From Gemmatimonadota bacterium (GTDB lineage: Bacteria > Gemmatimonadota > Gemmatimonadetes > Gemmatimonadales > GWC2-71-9), in contig JADFNB010000002.1 in assembly GCA_022563595.1 (NCBI GenBank), positions 53,510 through 117,509 on the forward strand: a stretch of 64,000 bases of DNA, in the 5' to 3' direction. Positions 1 through 10,972 of this stretch are shown here, one piece after another; within the stretch, counting starts at the first letter, position 1; every line of letters starts with the position of its first letter. The notes under the pieces were generated by a model. That model saw only the letters and a list, made by a program, of their open reading frames with translations, made no database searches and was not told the origin of the DNA. The translations under genes were made by a program, and so were the position numbers.

Positions 1-1222
1 CGAGGATAGCCGTCCCGATGGCGTAGGTGAACATATACAGCGTGAGAAACGCGAGCACCTTCAGCACGATGTCGGCGCGGACCGGCGACCGGCCGAGCCG
101 TGTCACGATCACTGCGCGCGGATGGAGGATCTTCCGTATCTCCCCGCGCGCATGCTGGGTGACGACCGCCGCCCGCACCACCTTGAACCCGCCTCCGGTC
201 GAGCCTCCCATGGCGCCTACGAACATCAGGCCGAGCAGCAGCACCTGACCGACCGCCGGCCACGCCGCGAAATCGTCGGTGGTGAATCCCGTGGTGCTGT
301 GCACGGCTACGACGTTGAACGCCGCCCGGCGCAGTCCGTCGAGGCTCCATACCCCCTCGCTCAACGAGAGCGCGAAAAACACCACTCCCCCGATACCGAG
401 CGACGACGCGAAGTACCAGCGCCACTCCGGATCGCGGATCCACGCATCGAGCCGCCCCGTCATCATGCGGTAGTGGAGCGTGAAGTTCACGCCAGCCATG
501 AACATGAACAGCATGGTGACCCACTGGATAGTGGCCGAGTAGTAACCCAGGGACGCCGTGCGGGTGGAAAAGCCGCCGGTCGCGAGCGCGCTCAACGCGT
601 GGTTGACCGCGTCGAACGGCGTCATGCCCAGGACCAGGTAGATGACCGCCAGGACCGCCGTGAGCACCGCGTACACGACCCAGAGGAGACGCGCGGTCGT
701 AGCGATCCGCGGCTTCAGCCGGTCGGTAGCGATCCCGGGTGCTTCGGCGCGGAAGAGCTGCGCTCCACCCATCCCGATCAATGGCAGGATCGCCACACCG
801 AGCACGATGATCCCCATTCCCCCCAGCCAGTGCGAGATACTGCGCCAGAGCAGTATGCTGCGCGGCAGCTCCTCGATGACCGGGAAGATCGTGGCCCCGG
901 TGGTCGTGAACCCGGAAACGGACTCGAACACCGCGCCGGTGATGGTCGGGGCTATGCCTGTGAACACGAACGGCAGGCTCCCCATCAGAACGATGGAGAC
1001 CCATCCCAAGCCGACCACCGCGATACCCTCACGCGGATTGATCGAGATCACGCGGGGCGTAGCGAACCACAGTGTCGCGCCGAGGCCGGCGGTAGCGGCG
1101 ATCGACAGGAGCCAGGGCGCCAACTGCCCTTCCGCTATGCCAAAGACCATCGAGGGCAGCATGGCGGCCGCGGTCCACACGAGGAGTGCGCCGACGATGT
1201 GCAGGACCTCGCGGATGTTCAT
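1..1222 (-). CDS. trkH: Potassium uptake protein TrkH (3' end runs off window)
   Basis: Not in ORF track. My own minus-strand translation from the ATG at 1222 reads MNIREVLHIVGALLVW...SGFTTTGATIF...ISHWLGGMGIIVLGVAILP...ALATGGFSTR. It is polytopic with repeated TrkH-type pore-loop motifs and lies directly downstream of trkA. Confidence 0.85.
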   Translation of the reverse strand, partial: MNIREVLHIVGALLVWTAAAMLPSMVFGIAEGQLAPWLLSIAATAGLGATLWFATPRVISINPREGIAVVGLGWVSIVLMGSLPFVFTGIAPTITGAVFESVSGFTTTGATIFPVIEELPRSILLWRSISHWLGGMGIIVLGVAILPLIGMGGAQLFRAEAPGIATDRLKPRIATTARLLWVVYAVLTAVLAVIYLVLGMTPFDAVNHALSALATGGFSTRTASLGYYSATIQWVTMLFMFMAGVNFTLHYRMMTGRLDAWIRDPEWRWYFASSLGIGGVVFFALSLSEGVWSLDGLRRAAFNVVAVHSTTGFTTDDFAAWPAVGQVLLLGLMFVGAMGGSTGGGFKVVRAAVVTQHARGEIRKILHPRAVIVTRLGRSPVRADIVLKVLAFLTLYMFTYAIGTAIL

Positions 1223-1261
1223 GACGAGTGGCGTATGGTGGTCACCGGCGAGGGCGGAGGC

Positions 1262-2608
1262 TCATGAGGGGAACAGCTTCGTGACCTTCGCGACGGCATC
1301 AGCGAGTGCGAACACCACCGCCGTATCGCCCGGTGCCAGGCTGTCACCGCCACGGGGCACGATCACGGTTTCGTTGCGGACGATGGCGGCGATGATCGCG
1401 TTCTTGGGGAAATCGACCTTGGCGAGCGGACGCCCGACGAGGGGGGAACTGGAGGAGACGACGACCGAGATGACCTCCGCATCGCTGTCCTTGAAGGTTG
1501 CCACCCGCGTGATACTGCCACGCCTTACGTAGCGCAGAATCGCGTTCGCAGCACTCAGCCGCGGGCTTACCGCCGCGTCCAACCCGATATGAAGTGCCAG
1601 GGGAACGTAATCGCTCTTGTTGACCAGCGTGATGACCTGCTTCGTGCCGGCATGCTTCGCGACCAGGGAGGAGAGGATGTTCTTCTCATCGTACTCGGTC
1701 AGCGCGACGAAGGCGTCCATCCCGCCCACACCTTCCAGTTCCAGCAGCTCTACGTCGGTGGCATCGCCGTTCAGCACGAGCGCCTTCTCGAGCATCTCGG
1801 CCAGTTCCTGCGCCCGCGCGCGGTCCTCGACCAGGATGACCGCCTGCACGTTGTGCTGCTGGAGCAGCCGGGCGAGATAGATCGTCTCGACGCTCCCGCC
1901 CGCCAACATGACCCGCTTCAGCTCCGCGTGCTCGTGACCACACAATTCCAGTGCCCGTGGAATCTCGTCCTTGTCGGCGACGACGTAGACGTGATCGCCG
2001 ACCCGCACGCGCGTGGCGCCGGTCGGCACCATGGTCTTCCCGTCGCGCTCGATCGCCACGGTGAGCAGTGCCCGCCGTCCCTCCTCGCGCCCGATGTCGG
2101 CGAGTGTCCGGCCGGCGATGGGAGCCGCCTCGGTCACCACCAGCCCCACCAGCTGCACCGCCCCACCCGCGAAATCCGCCACGTCTGTCGCCGCAGTGGA
2201 CTGGAGCAGCCGGAACGTCTCCAGCGCGAGTTCCCGCTCGGGGTTGATCATGAGATCGACGCCGAAGACTTCCGGATGGAGATGGCCGCCCTCGTCGTAG
2301 AATTCCGGGTTGGACACCCGGGCGACCTTGAGGAGGTCGCTGCGGCCGCGTGCCATCATGCACGAGACGAGATTGACCTCATCGATACTCGTGACGGCCA
2401 CCAGCAGGCCGGCGCTCTCGACACCCGCACGCTTGAGCACCAGTGGGCTGGCGCCGCTTCCTTCGACCACCGCCACGTCCAGATGGCTCTGGACGTAGTC
2501 CAGCCGGTCGGCGGCGATGTCGACCACGACCACGTCGTGCTGTTCCGTGGATAGCTTGTCGGCGACGTGATACCCGACTTCACCGGCGCCGACGACGATT
2601 ACCCGCAT
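1262..2608 (-). CDS. trkA: Trk system potassium uptake protein TrkA (two RCK modules)
   Basis: ORF 1262..2704 trimmed to the internal MRVIVVGAGEVGYHV start (Rossmann GAGEVG). There is a second NAD-binding-like half (KRVMLAGGSVET) and two RCK_C-like segments. Adjacent to trkH. Confidence 0.9.
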   Translation of the reverse strand: MRVIVVGAGEVGYHVADKLSTEQHDVVVVDIAADRLDYVQSHLDVAVVEGSGASPLVLKRAGVESAGLLVAVTSIDEVNLVSCMMARGRSDLLKVARVSNPEFYDEGGHLHPEVFGVDLMINPERELALETFRLLQSTAATDVADFAGGAVQLVGLVVTEAAPIAGRTLADIGREEGRRALLTVAIERDGKTMVPTGATRVRVGDHVYVVADKDEIPRALELCGHEHAELKRVMLAGGSVETIYLARLLQQHNVQAVILVEDRARAQELAEMLEKALVLNGDATDVELLELEGVGGMDAFVALTEYDEKNILSSLVAKHAGTKQVITLVNKSDYVPLALHIGLDAAVSPRLSAANAILRYVRRGSITRVATFKDSDAEVISVVVSSSSPLVGRPLAKVDFPKNAIIAAIVRNETVIVPRGGDSLAPGDTAVVFALADAVAKVTKLFPS

Positions 2609-2723
2609 GGCGGCCTGTCCTCCCCCGGCGCAATCCGCGAAGCGGTGCGCAATATAGTCCCCGCCGCTCGCCAGAGCGAATGTACGTATAGCACCCCAGC
2701 CCAAGCCATGCGCGGTGGATCCG

Positions 2724-3593
2724 TCACGTGAGCAGGGCGCGCTGTTCCCGCTGGCGGCGGGCGAGGTCGTATGTCTCCGCCAACTCGCCGCCTGCGAGAA
2801 AGACGAAACACGTGTAGTAGACCCAGAGCACGAAGAGGAGCAACGCGATGGCGTTGCTGTTCGAGATCACGCGGTCAAACGTGGCGAACTCACCCAGATA
2901 GACCGTGTACAACCGTTTCGCCAACTCGAACGAGAGGGATGCGGCGACGGCAGCCACGAGCGCGGTGTCCCACCGCACACGACGGGCCGGCGCCACACGG
3001 TATACGATGTAGAACAGCGCGACGCCGAACGCGAACGTGGACACGCCCGCGAGGAACCGCCCGAGCCACGGCGATTGGAGGACCAACACGCCCATCAGAG
3101 TGTTCGCCGTGACGATGAGCGCGGCCCCCACGGCCAGCAGCAGGTCGATCCCCTTCCCGACCAGCCACGGCCGTGTTTCCTCCGTGTCGAATACGTCGTT
3201 CAGTGCCACGCGTACCGAGCCGAACAGCCGGAGCGAGAACCAGACGAACAGCGGCAGGCCGTAGAGCGACAACTGGACCCGGCTTTCGACTACCCCCGTG
3301 ATGAATCCTTCCGCCGTACCGAACGGATCGGCGTCACCATGCTCGGGGAGGAACCGGGCTATCAACGTCCGGACGTCGGCCAGCGGGACATCGCTGCTTC
3401 CCACGATGTAGCCAAACACCGAAGCGGCGAGGAGCACGAACGGGAGGAGCCACAGCAGCGCGTCGAACGTGAGGGCGCTGGCGAGGAAGGGGATGTTGTC
3501 CTCATACGCTCCCACGAACACCCGGCGAACGAAGCCCAGGCGGGAAAACGCCCACCCGCGCGGCGCAGGCCGGCGCGGCGCGGCAGTCGTCAA
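2724..3593 (-). CDS. YihY/BrkB family inner membrane protein
   Basis: 289 aa with an N-terminus typical of the family (NIPFLASALTFDALLWLLPFVLL) and multiple TM segments. Confidence 0.75.
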   Translation of the reverse strand: MTTAAPRRPAPRGWAFSRLGFVRRVFVGAYEDNIPFLASALTFDALLWLLPFVLLAASVFGYIVGSSDVPLADVRTLIARFLPEHGDADPFGTAEGFITGVVESRVQLSLYGLPLFVWFSLRLFGSVRVALNDVFDTEETRPWLVGKGIDLLLAVGAALIVTANTLMGVLVLQSPWLGRFLAGVSTFAFGVALFYIVYRVAPARRVRWDTALVAAVAASLSFELAKRLYTVYLGEFATFDRVISNSNAIALLLFVLWVYYTCFVFLAGGELAETYDLARRQREQRALLT

Positions 3594-3598
3594 GGCGG

Positions 3599-4027
3599 CT
3601 ACTCGTCTGCCTTGTCGTCGGCTCCGCCGCGGTGGTCGCCGCGCTCCGCCCGTGCATCCTCCAAGCGGCGCTCCAGCTCGTCCCGCGCCGACCGCACCGC
3701 GGCCTTGCCGGCATCGATCGCCTCCCGCGCCGACTCTTTCCGATCGTCCAGGTGCGCCCGCGCCCGCTCCAATCCGGCTTCGACGCTCGCCTTGGTCCGC
3801 TCGTAACCCCCCTCGACCGCGTCCTGGAGATCCTCGAGGCGATCCTCGGCCGCGTCACGCAGGCGGCGCGCGCGCGCGCGCAGGTCCTCGCGCAGCTCCT
3901 CACCGCTCCGCGGTGCCAGCAGAAGCGCCAAGCCGGCACCGAATGCGACCCCGGTCAGAAACGCACCGATCCCCCCACTCGACCGCTCGATCACCACCAC
4001 CGGTTGATCCTCATGGCGCTGTACCAT
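3599..4027 (-). CDS. YtxH-like protein (one TM helix plus a charged helical tail)
   Basis: 142 aa. GAFLTGVAFGAGLALLLAPRSGEELREDL is followed by an Arg/Glu/Asp/Ala-rich helical region. Confidence 0.6.
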   Translation of the reverse strand: MVQRHEDQPVVVIERSSGGIGAFLTGVAFGAGLALLLAPRSGEELREDLRARARRLRDAAEDRLEDLQDAVEGGYERTKASVEAGLERARAHLDDRKESAREAIDAGKAAVRSARDELERRLEDARAERGDHRGGADDKADE

Positions 4028-4125
4028 CGTTCCTCCTCATCTCCCCAGCCGAGCCGACGCCCACGGGGAGGGCGACGACGCGCTCGGGATATCTCCCTGA
4101 AAGTTAGTGTGGGCCGAAAAGGCCG

Positions 4126-4899
4126 TCAAAGAACCATGCACAGACCATCGTACGCAGGCTCGATCCCTTCGGGAAGGCGGGCGAGGAGCGCCTCATGGCT
4201 GGACCTGTGCGTCAGGTGGGTGAGAAACGTGCGTTCCGCGCCGACCTGCCGTGCCACCTCGATCGCCTCGGGAATCGACAGGTGTGTGGGATGGGGTCGC
4301 TCGAAGAGGGCGTTGAGGACGAGGATGCGGACCCCCCGGAGCTGCTCCACCACCGGCGCCGGCACCGACTTGGCATCCGTGACATACCCTACCGGTCCGA
4401 TACGATAGCCGTAGACCGGCAGCTCTCCGTGCAGCAACGGCAGCGGGAGCACCTGCATGCCGGCAATCGTCACCGCCGCGCCGGGCGTGAGTGGCCGCGG
4501 CATCAGTTGCGGAATAGAGGTGCCGGCCGGCGCGGTGATCCGGTCGTCGAAGATGTATGGGAAATGGTGCGCGAGCCGGGTCAGCGTGTCGGGGGGACCG
4601 TAGATCGGGAGCTGCCCGCGCCGGACGGACAGTGCCCGCAGGTCGTCGATCCCGTGCACGTGATCGGCGTGGTCGTGGGTGTAGAGCACCGCGTCCACGC
4701 TCGGGATCTGCGCACCCAGGAGCTGAATCCGCAGCTCTGGTGGCGTGTCGATCAGGATTCTCTTGCCCTCGTCCCCCTCCACCACCGCCGCCACCCGGGT
4801 GCGCCGATCGCGGGGATCGGAGGAGGTGCATACCTCGCACGTACACCCGACTACCGGGACGCCGAACGAGGTTCCGGAGCCCAGAACGATGAGCCGCAC
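4126..4899 (-). CDS. MBL-fold metallo-hydrolase (PhnP-like)
   Basis: 257 aa with the HxHxDH motif (YTHDHADHVHG) and an N-terminal Cys cluster (GCTCEVC). Confidence 0.8.
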   Translation of the reverse strand: MRLIVLGSGTSFGVPVVGCTCEVCTSSDPRDRRTRVAAVVEGDEGKRILIDTPPELRIQLLGAQIPSVDAVLYTHDHADHVHGIDDLRALSVRRGQLPIYGPPDTLTRLAHHFPYIFDDRITAPAGTSIPQLMPRPLTPGAAVTIAGMQVLPLPLLHGELPVYGYRIGPVGYVTDAKSVPAPVVEQLRGVRILVLNALFERPHPTHLSIPEAIEVARQVGAERTFLTHLTHRSSHEALLARLPEGIEPAYDGLCMVL

Positions 4900-4902
4900 C
4901 GC

Positions 4903-6363
4903 TCAGATAGCCTCGACCTTCAGGAGGTTCGTCGTACCCGGCACCTCGAACGGTACACCGGCCGTGACGACCACCATGTCGCCCTTCTTGCCGAGCCCGT
5001 CTTCGACGAGGATCCGCCGCGCGATGTCCAGCATGCCGTCGTAACTCGGCACGCAGTCGGCGAGCGCCGGCACAACACCCCATACGAGCGCGAGCTGGCA
5101 GCAGGTGGCGAGTTCCGTGCTGAGCGCGAGGATGGGTACCGCCGGGCGGTGCAGCGAGATCTTGCGCGGCGTGAAGCCGCTCTTGGTGAAGCAAACGATA
5201 GCCGGTACATCCAACATCTCCGCGGCCACCGTCGTCGCCAGCGCGATGGCGTCCTCTACGTTGCGCTCGCTCGCGGGCCCCGCGTCCGTCCGCCGGCGGC
5301 GGTGCAGTTCATCGTGGGTGGTGAGGACCGAACGCTCGATCTCCTCGATTATCCGCGCCATCGCCTGCACCGACTCGACCGGATACGAACCGACCGCCGT
5401 CTCCGCCGACAGCATCACCGCGTCCGTACCGTCCAGGATCGCGTTGGCGACGTCGGATGCTTCGGCCCGTGTCGGCCGGGGATGCTCGATCATCGACTCC
5501 AGCATCTGGGTGGCCGTGATCACGGCACGTCCGCTCCGGATCGCCAGACGGATCAGGCGCTTCTGCTCGAGCGGCACCTGCTCGTACGGCAGCTCGACGC
5601 CCAAGTCACCGCGCGCCACCATGACCGCGTCGGCCGCTTCGACGATCTCCGTGAGCTGAGCCAGCGCCGCAGCGCGCTCGATCTTGGCCACCAACCGGAC
5701 GTGGCTGGGCACCAGACCACGCACCTCGTTCACGTCCGCCGCCTGGCTCACGAACGAGATTCCGACGTAGTCCACGCCCTTCTCGACTGCCAGCGCGACG
5801 TCCTCGCGGTCCTTCACGGTGACGGCCGGCACTTTTACCCTGACGTCGGGGAGATTGATACCCTTGTGCCCCTTCAGGATTCCGCCGTGACGGACGCGAC
5901 CGTGCACCCGTGTCCCGGCAACGCGCTCGACCTCGACCACCAGAAGGCCGTCATCTAGGAGAATCCGCGATCCGGGCTCGACATCCCGGGCCAGCGCGGC
6001 GTACGTGGTCGGGATCTCGGCTTTTCCGGCCTCCCCTTCCGGCGCGAACACCACCGCGGCGTCCTGTTCCAGGCGGCGCGGCGCATCGAGCGCCCCGACC
6101 CTGATCCGCGGCCCCTGGAGGTCCACCAGCACGCCCACGTACTTGCCGCGTTCGCCGGCCACCTGTCGAATCAGGTCGATCATCTCGCGACGGAGGTCCG
6201 GGGTGCCATGGGAGCTATTGACGCGCACTACGTCCACGCCCGCATCGATCATGCGACCCAGGATCTCGGCGTTGGCCGACGCAGGACCGATCGTCGCGAC
6301 GATCTTGGTGCGCCGGAACCGCGGGTCGTAGCTAGCGTTCGTCTGCCGGTCTTCGCCGTGCAT
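4903..6363 (-). CDS. pyk: Pyruvate kinase
   Basis: ORF 4903..6408 trimmed to MHGEDRQ. Contains RRTKIVATIGPAS and MVARGDLGVELP. Confidence 0.9.
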   Translation of the reverse strand: MHGEDRQTNASYDPRFRRTKIVATIGPASANAEILGRMIDAGVDVVRVNSSHGTPDLRREMIDLIRQVAGERGKYVGVLVDLQGPRIRVGALDAPRRLEQDAAVVFAPEGEAGKAEIPTTYAALARDVEPGSRILLDDGLLVVEVERVAGTRVHGRVRHGGILKGHKGINLPDVRVKVPAVTVKDREDVALAVEKGVDYVGISFVSQAADVNEVRGLVPSHVRLVAKIERAAALAQLTEIVEAADAVMVARGDLGVELPYEQVPLEQKRLIRLAIRSGRAVITATQMLESMIEHPRPTRAEASDVANAILDGTDAVMLSAETAVGSYPVESVQAMARIIEEIERSVLTTHDELHRRRRTDAGPASERNVEDAIALATTVAAEMLDVPAIVCFTKSGFTPRKISLHRPAVPILALSTELATCCQLALVWGVVPALADCVPSYDGMLDIARRILVEDGLGKKGDMVVVTAGVPFEVPGTTNLLKVEAI

Positions 6364-6563
6364 CCCAGGCCAGACAGTTACTGAAACAAACCGCGCGCCG
6401 AACGGCACGGGCTGTTGTGTGGAAGATCAGGAATCGTGTTCTCAACACGGATCTGGATAAGTGGACTCCGGCCCGATTGCGCCCGTGTATCCGGGGTGGA
6501 GCAGCCGCAGTTCTCCACCCGTAATGTTGAACAGTGCCGGGAGTTTCGGGCATGCCGTGTGGA

Positions 6564-7796
6564 TTACCGGACAGGCGCTGCCGCAGCCTCGTACTTCCGC
6601 GCCACGTAGTCGTTGAGGATCTCGATGAACTCCCCGACGATCCCGTCGCCCTTCAGTGTGCGGAACAGCTTGCCGTCGACGTAGACCGGTGCCTTGGGCT
6701 CTTCGGCCGTGCCGGGCAGCGAGATACCGATGTCGGCGTGCTTCGACTCGCCCGGCCCGTTCACGATGCACCCCATGACAGCAACGTTGAGATCCTCGAT
6801 ACCGGGATGTTGCTCGCGCCATGCCGGCATCTGCTGCCGCAGGTAGGTGTGGATCTCCTCGGCCATCTCCTGGAAGAAGGTGCTCGTCGTACGACCGCAC
6901 CCCGGGCAGGCCGTGACCTGAGGCGTAAAGCGTCGCAGGTCGAGCGCCTGAAGCACCTGCTGAGCCACCCGGACTTCTTCGGTTCGGTCACCGCCCGGTC
7001 GTGGCGTGAGCGAGACGCGGATCGTATCGCCGATCCCTTGCTGTAGCAGGATCGACAGGCCGGCGGTGCTCGAGATGATCCCTCCGGTGCCCATCCCGGC
7101 CTCGGTGAGGCCGAGGTGGAGCGGGTAGTCCGACTTGGGGGCTAACCGGCAGTAGACGTCGACCAGATCCTCAACGCGTGACATCTTGGCCGAGAGGATG
7201 ATGCGATCGTGGCCCAGTCCCGTCTCTTCCGCGAGCGCCGCCGAGCGGATCGCGCTCTCGATCATCGCATCGAGCATCACGTCGCGGGCGTCGAACGGCT
7301 CCGAACGCTTCGCGTTCTCATCCATCATCTCGGTCAGGAGCGCCTTGTCGAGCGAACCCCAGTTCACGCCGATGCGGACGGGTTTGCCGTGGTCGATCGC
7401 GACTTGGACGATGGTCCGGAAGTTCTCATCGCGGCGTTTGGCGCCCACGTTGCCGGGATTGATACGGTACTTGGCCAGTGAGCGCGCGCATGACGCGTAC
7501 TTGGCGAGCAGCAGGTGTCCGTTGTAATGGAAATCGCCGATGATCGGCACCGTCACGCCGCGGGCCTCGAGCCGGATGACGATCTCGCCGACCACCGCCG
7601 CCGCCGCGTCGTTGTTGACGGTAACGCGCACCATCTCGCTGCCCGTCTCGGCCAGCGCCGCAACCTGCTCGACGGTCTTCTCCACGTCCGCCGTATCGGT
7701 ATTGGTCATCGACTGCACGACAATCGGATGGCACGATCCCACAGGGACCGGGCCGACCCACGTGGTCACGGTCGTGCGGCGCTGCATAATCGGCAT
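6564..7796 (-). CDS. ispG: 4-hydroxy-3-methylbut-2-en-1-yl diphosphate synthase (IspG/GcpE)
   Basis: 410 aa with [20 protein letters not shown] and [10 protein letters not shown] (Fe-S cysteines). Confidence 0.9.
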   Translation of the reverse strand: MPIMQRRTTVTTWVGPVPVGSCHPIVVQSMTNTDTADVEKTVEQVAALAETGSEMVRVTVNNDAAAAVVGEIVIRLEARGVTVPIIGDFHYNGHLLLAKYASCARSLAKYRINPGNVGAKRRDENFRTIVQVAIDHGKPVRIGVNWGSLDKALLTEMMDENAKRSEPFDARDVMLDAMIESAIRSAALAEETGLGHDRIILSAKMSRVEDLVDVYCRLAPKSDYPLHLGLTEAGMGTGGIISSTAGLSILLQQGIGDTIRVSLTPRPGGDRTEEVRVAQQVLQALDLRRFTPQVTACPGCGRTTSTFFQEMAEEIHTYLRQQMPAWREQHPGIEDLNVAVMGCIVNGPGESKHADIGISLPGTAEEPKAPVYVDGKLFRTLKGDGIVGEFIEILNDYVARKYEAAAAPVR

Positions 7797-7867
7797 GAGC
7801 CGGGAATATAACGGAATGGTGCTAGGTGGTCACAGCCGGGCGCTGCACTCCGCCCACCCAGCGTCCC

Positions 7868-8230
7868 CTAGGACGGACGCTCCCAATCGATCCCGTACTC
7901 GCTTCCGCAACCCGGGCAGATAGCGGTATCGACATCGGCCACGAGATTCGCGCGGGTTCGGCAGGTCGGACAGACGCCGTACGTTGGCTGAAGCCCGGCG
8001 TCGCTGGCCCGTTTGCCCCTTTGCTCCTCCGGGTCCCGCGTCACCACGACCCAACGCGTCGGCGCGATGTCCGAGAACTCCAGCAACGAGCGATCGACGG
8101 CCACATTGCGCTTGTGGACCTCGAGAAAGACGATGGTGGGTTTCCGGTCGTTGACGACTGAATACCACGCGCCGCGGCGCAGGCCGTGCGCACCCGCTCT
8201 GCGGACCCGCGCCCATTTCTTGGGGGTCAT
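7868..8230 (-). CDS. Hypothetical protein with C-terminal zinc ribbon
   Basis: 120 aa with CPTC...(x16)...CPGC near the C-terminus. Coding-like composition; no family recognised. Confidence 0.5.
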   Translation of the reverse strand: MTPKKWARVRRAGAHGLRRGAWYSVVNDRKPTIVFLEVHKRNVAVDRSLLEFSDIAPTRWVVVTRDPEEQRGKRASDAGLQPTYGVCPTCRTRANLVADVDTAICPGCGSEYGIDWERPS

Positions 8231-8248
8231 GGCACAACCTCTCGGCCG

Positions 8249-8434
8249 CTACCGCGTAAGCAGGCCAGCAGCAACTCCCACCGGAATGACGATGTAGAGA
8301 ACGACATCACGGACCAGATAGAATACGATGAACAGGACTACCAGCTTCCATCCGCGTTTTCTGACGAGCCCCTTCCAGCCAAGAGCCCGCCGTTCCTCGC
8401 GCAGCGTCCGGACGAACGTCCTGATCCGCTTCAT
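8249..8434 (-). CDS. Small hypothetical membrane protein
   Basis: 61 aa with a basic N-terminus followed by one or two hydrophobic helices (LVVLFIVFYLV, VIPVGVAAGLL). Sits just after the nrdJ terminator hairpin. Confidence 0.4.
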   Translation of the reverse strand: MKRIRTFVRTLREERRALGWKGLVRKRGWKLVVLFIVFYLVRDVVLYIVIPVGVAAGLLTR

Positions 8435-8453
8435 CGTCTTGCTAAGATAATGT

Positions 8454-8481
8454 AAAAGGGGAGCGCTCGGCAGCGCGCCCC
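8454..8481 (-). terminator. Intrinsic terminator downstream of nrdJ
   Basis: Minus strand reads GGGGCGCGCT-GCCG-AGCGCTCCCC followed by TTTT. The stem is 10 bp with one mismatch. It lies 26 nt after the nrdJ stop. Confidence 0.6.
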
Positions 8482-8506
8482 TGCGTGGCTCCGTTCCTCC
8501 TCACGT

Positions 8507-10972
8507 TCAGCCGCACTCGCTGTATCCGCAGACATGGCACTTGACACACCCTTCCGCGAACTCGAGTTGTGCCGAGCAATCGGGACAGCTGCCGGCGTGC
8601 TGCCCGGCATTCAGGGCGTGTACCGAGAGAAGCTCGCCCTCCACGCCGGGCGCCCGGCTCCGGACGACCGCTGCGACAGGATGCTCGACCGGTTGCTCGA
8701 GCAGATCCTGCTGGATGCCCTGTTTGTCGTGAATCCAGCGCTCGATAGCGATGCCGATGGCGTCGGGGACCGACAGCACCTTGTTCGGCCCGAGTCCTGT
8801 CGCCCGATCTGACGAGATACCCCGAAGCTGGCGGTGGATTTCGGTAATCGGGATCCCCGAGCGCAACGCGAGCGAGATCAAGCGGCCGATGGCTTCGACA
8901 TCCGCCATCAAGGCGCCACCCGCCTTACCGAGACTCATGAACATCTCGAACGGTTGCCCGCGGTCGTCCTCCGTGATCGTGACGTAGAGCGTGCCGAGCG
9001 GTGCATCGACCCGTCGTGTTGATCCCCTGAGCAACTCGGGCCGCGACCGTTTCATGCGGCGCTGAAGGTTCTCGGACTCGACCTCGTGGAGCTGCTGCTT
9101 GGTGCGCATCAGCTCGGCCTCGAGTTCGGCGATGGTGCCCTTGAGGTCGATCTCTTCGGCCGCGGGCCGCACCACCGGCGCGGCATCGTCCTGTACCTTC
9201 CTCGCCGTGCTGCCCGTGGAGAGCACCTGCATCTGTCGGCTTCCGTCGCGATAGACGGTGACGCCCTTGCAGCCCAGCTCGTAGGCCAGCTCGTAGATCT
9301 GCCGGACGTCGTCCTCGGTGGCCTCGTGCGGGAAGTTGCAGGTCTTGCTGATCGCGCTGTCGGTGAAATCCTGATAGGCGGCCTGCATGCGGATGTGCTG
9401 CTCGGGTGTGACCCCGTGTGCCGAGACGAAAACGCGCTGCCATTTCTCGGGGACCTCATCGAAGTGGATGTGTCCCTGCTCCGCGATACGCTTGATCAGA
9501 TCCTCGGTATGCCAGCCTTCGCGTTGCGCAATCGCCACGAAGTCTTCATTCACGTCCGGCATCAACACACCGGCCTGGTTCCGCATGAACGCTATGGCGA
9601 ACAGCGGCTCGATACCGGAGGAACAGCCCGCGATGATCGAGATGGTACCGGTCGGGGCCACGGTGGTGAGGTTGCAGTGCCTGAGCCGGCGCATCGACCG
9701 GACGCGCTCGCCCTCCGGAGTACGGGCACAGGTCGCGTCCGGGCCCCAGATGCTCTCCTTCCACGCCGGGAACAAGCCGCGCTGCTCGGCGAGCCGCTCG
9801 CTCTCGACTTTCGCCTCCTCGTCGACGAACTGCATGAGCCGCCGCCCAAACTCCACCGCCTCGTTCGAGTTGTACGGGATCCCGAGCTTGATCAGTGCAT
9901 CCGCCCACCCCATGACCCCGAGCCCGACGCGGCGGATCTTCTGAGCGAGCTTCGCGATCTCGGGCAGCGGATACCTGTTGGCGTCGATGACGTTGTCGAG
10001 GAAGTGCGTGCACAGATGGACGGTGTTCCGGAGACCATCCCAGTCCATTGCCCCGTTCTCGACGCACAGCCCAACGTTGATCGAGCCGAGGTTGCACACG
10101 TCGTACGACAGGAGCGGCTGCTCACCGCACGGGTTGGTCGCCTCGTAGCTCCCGAGTTGCGGCACGGGGTTGTAATGGTTCGCCTGGTCGATGAAGAACA
10201 CACCGGGTTCCCCGGTCTTCCAGGCGCCGTGGATGATCTTCGCGAATACATCCCGGGCGTCCATCGCCCCGACGACATCACCGGTGCCCGGATGGATCAG
10301 GTCGTAGTCCGTGCCCTCCCGCTCGGCGCGCATGAACGCGTCCGTGATCGCAACCGAGATGTTGAAGTTGGTGATCTGGGAGATGTCATCCTTGCACGCG
10401 ATGAATTCCAGGATATCCGGATGATCGACCCGCAGGATACCCATGTTGGCCCCGCGCCGCGTGCCACCTTGCTTCACGACGTCCGTGGATGCGTCGTAGA
10501 GCGACATGAACGACACCGGTCCCGAAGCGACGCCCATCGTGGAGCGGACGATGTCGTTTCTGGGGCGTAAACGGGAAAAACTGAACCCGGTGCCACCGCC
10601 GGACTGATGGACCAGCGCCATGTTGCGGAGCGTGTCGTAGATGCCGCTCTCCCCGTTGGACAGCGCGTCCTCGACGGGCAGCACGAAACAGGCGGAGAGC
10701 TGGCCAAGCGGGCGACCCGCATTCATCAAGGTGGGAGAATTGGGCATCCACGCGCGGCTCGCCATCAGCTCGTAGAAGGTCTCGGCTATGGCTTCGACCG
10801 CCTTCGCACTCGCCCCATAGTCGGCGTCGGGCGCAGCTATCGCCCGCGCTACGCGCCAAAACAGCTCTTCGGGTTCCTCCACCGGCCTCCCGTGCTCATC
10901 CTTGACCAGGTAGCGCAGCTCGAGAACCGTGCGTGCGTTGTCACTGAGCTGGAGCGGGATGCCGGTAGCCAT
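8507..10972 (-). CDS. nrdJ: Adenosylcobalamin-dependent (class II) ribonucleotide reductase
   Basis: ORF 8507..11101 trimmed to [22 protein letters not shown]. Contains the TNPCGEQPL active-site loop and a C-terminal Cys4-type finger (CPDC...CVKCHVCG). Confidence 0.9.
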   Translation of the reverse strand: MATGIPLQLSDNARTVLELRYLVKDEHGRPVEEPEELFWRVARAIAAPDADYGASAKAVEAIAETFYELMASRAWMPNSPTLMNAGRPLGQLSACFVLPVEDALSNGESGIYDTLRNMALVHQSGGGTGFSFSRLRPRNDIVRSTMGVASGPVSFMSLYDASTDVVKQGGTRRGANMGILRVDHPDILEFIACKDDISQITNFNISVAITDAFMRAEREGTDYDLIHPGTGDVVGAMDARDVFAKIIHGAWKTGEPGVFFIDQANHYNPVPQLGSYEATNPCGEQPLLSYDVCNLGSINVGLCVENGAMDWDGLRNTVHLCTHFLDNVIDANRYPLPEIAKLAQKIRRVGLGVMGWADALIKLGIPYNSNEAVEFGRRLMQFVDEEAKVESERLAEQRGLFPAWKESIWGPDATCARTPEGERVRSMRRLRHCNLTTVAPTGTISIIAGCSSGIEPLFAIAFMRNQAGVLMPDVNEDFVAIAQREGWHTEDLIKRIAEQGHIHFDEVPEKWQRVFVSAHGVTPEQHIRMQAAYQDFTDSAISKTCNFPHEATEDDVRQIYELAYELGCKGVTVYRDGSRQMQVLSTGSTARKVQDDAAPVVRPAAEEIDLKGTIAELEAELMRTKQQLHEVESENLQRRMKRSRPELLRGSTRRVDAPLGTLYVTITEDDRGQPFEMFMSLGKAGGALMADVEAIGRLISLALRSGIPITEIHRQLRGISSDRATGLGPNKVLSVPDAIGIAIERWIHDKQGIQQDLLEQPVEHPVAAVVRSRAPGVEGELLSVHALNAGQHAGSCPDCSAQLEFAEGCVKCHVCGYSECG

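Noticed and set aside
122-1532. Long plus-strand ORFs (122..1267, 642..1532) opposite trkH
   Set aside because: The translations are Arg/His/Pro/Gly-rich low-complexity strings with no motifs. The minus strand encodes a clean TrkH. These are GC-rich antisense artefacts.
4195-5958. 587-aa plus-strand ORF and a 333-aa minus-strand ORF overlapping pyk and the MBL gene
   Set aside because: Same artefact class. They lie antisense or out of frame to pyruvate kinase and MBL hydrolase, whose catalytic motifs are unmistakable.
9086-10570. 494-aa plus-strand ORF inside nrdJ
   Set aside because: Antisense to the NrdJ coding frame, with no recognisable domain.
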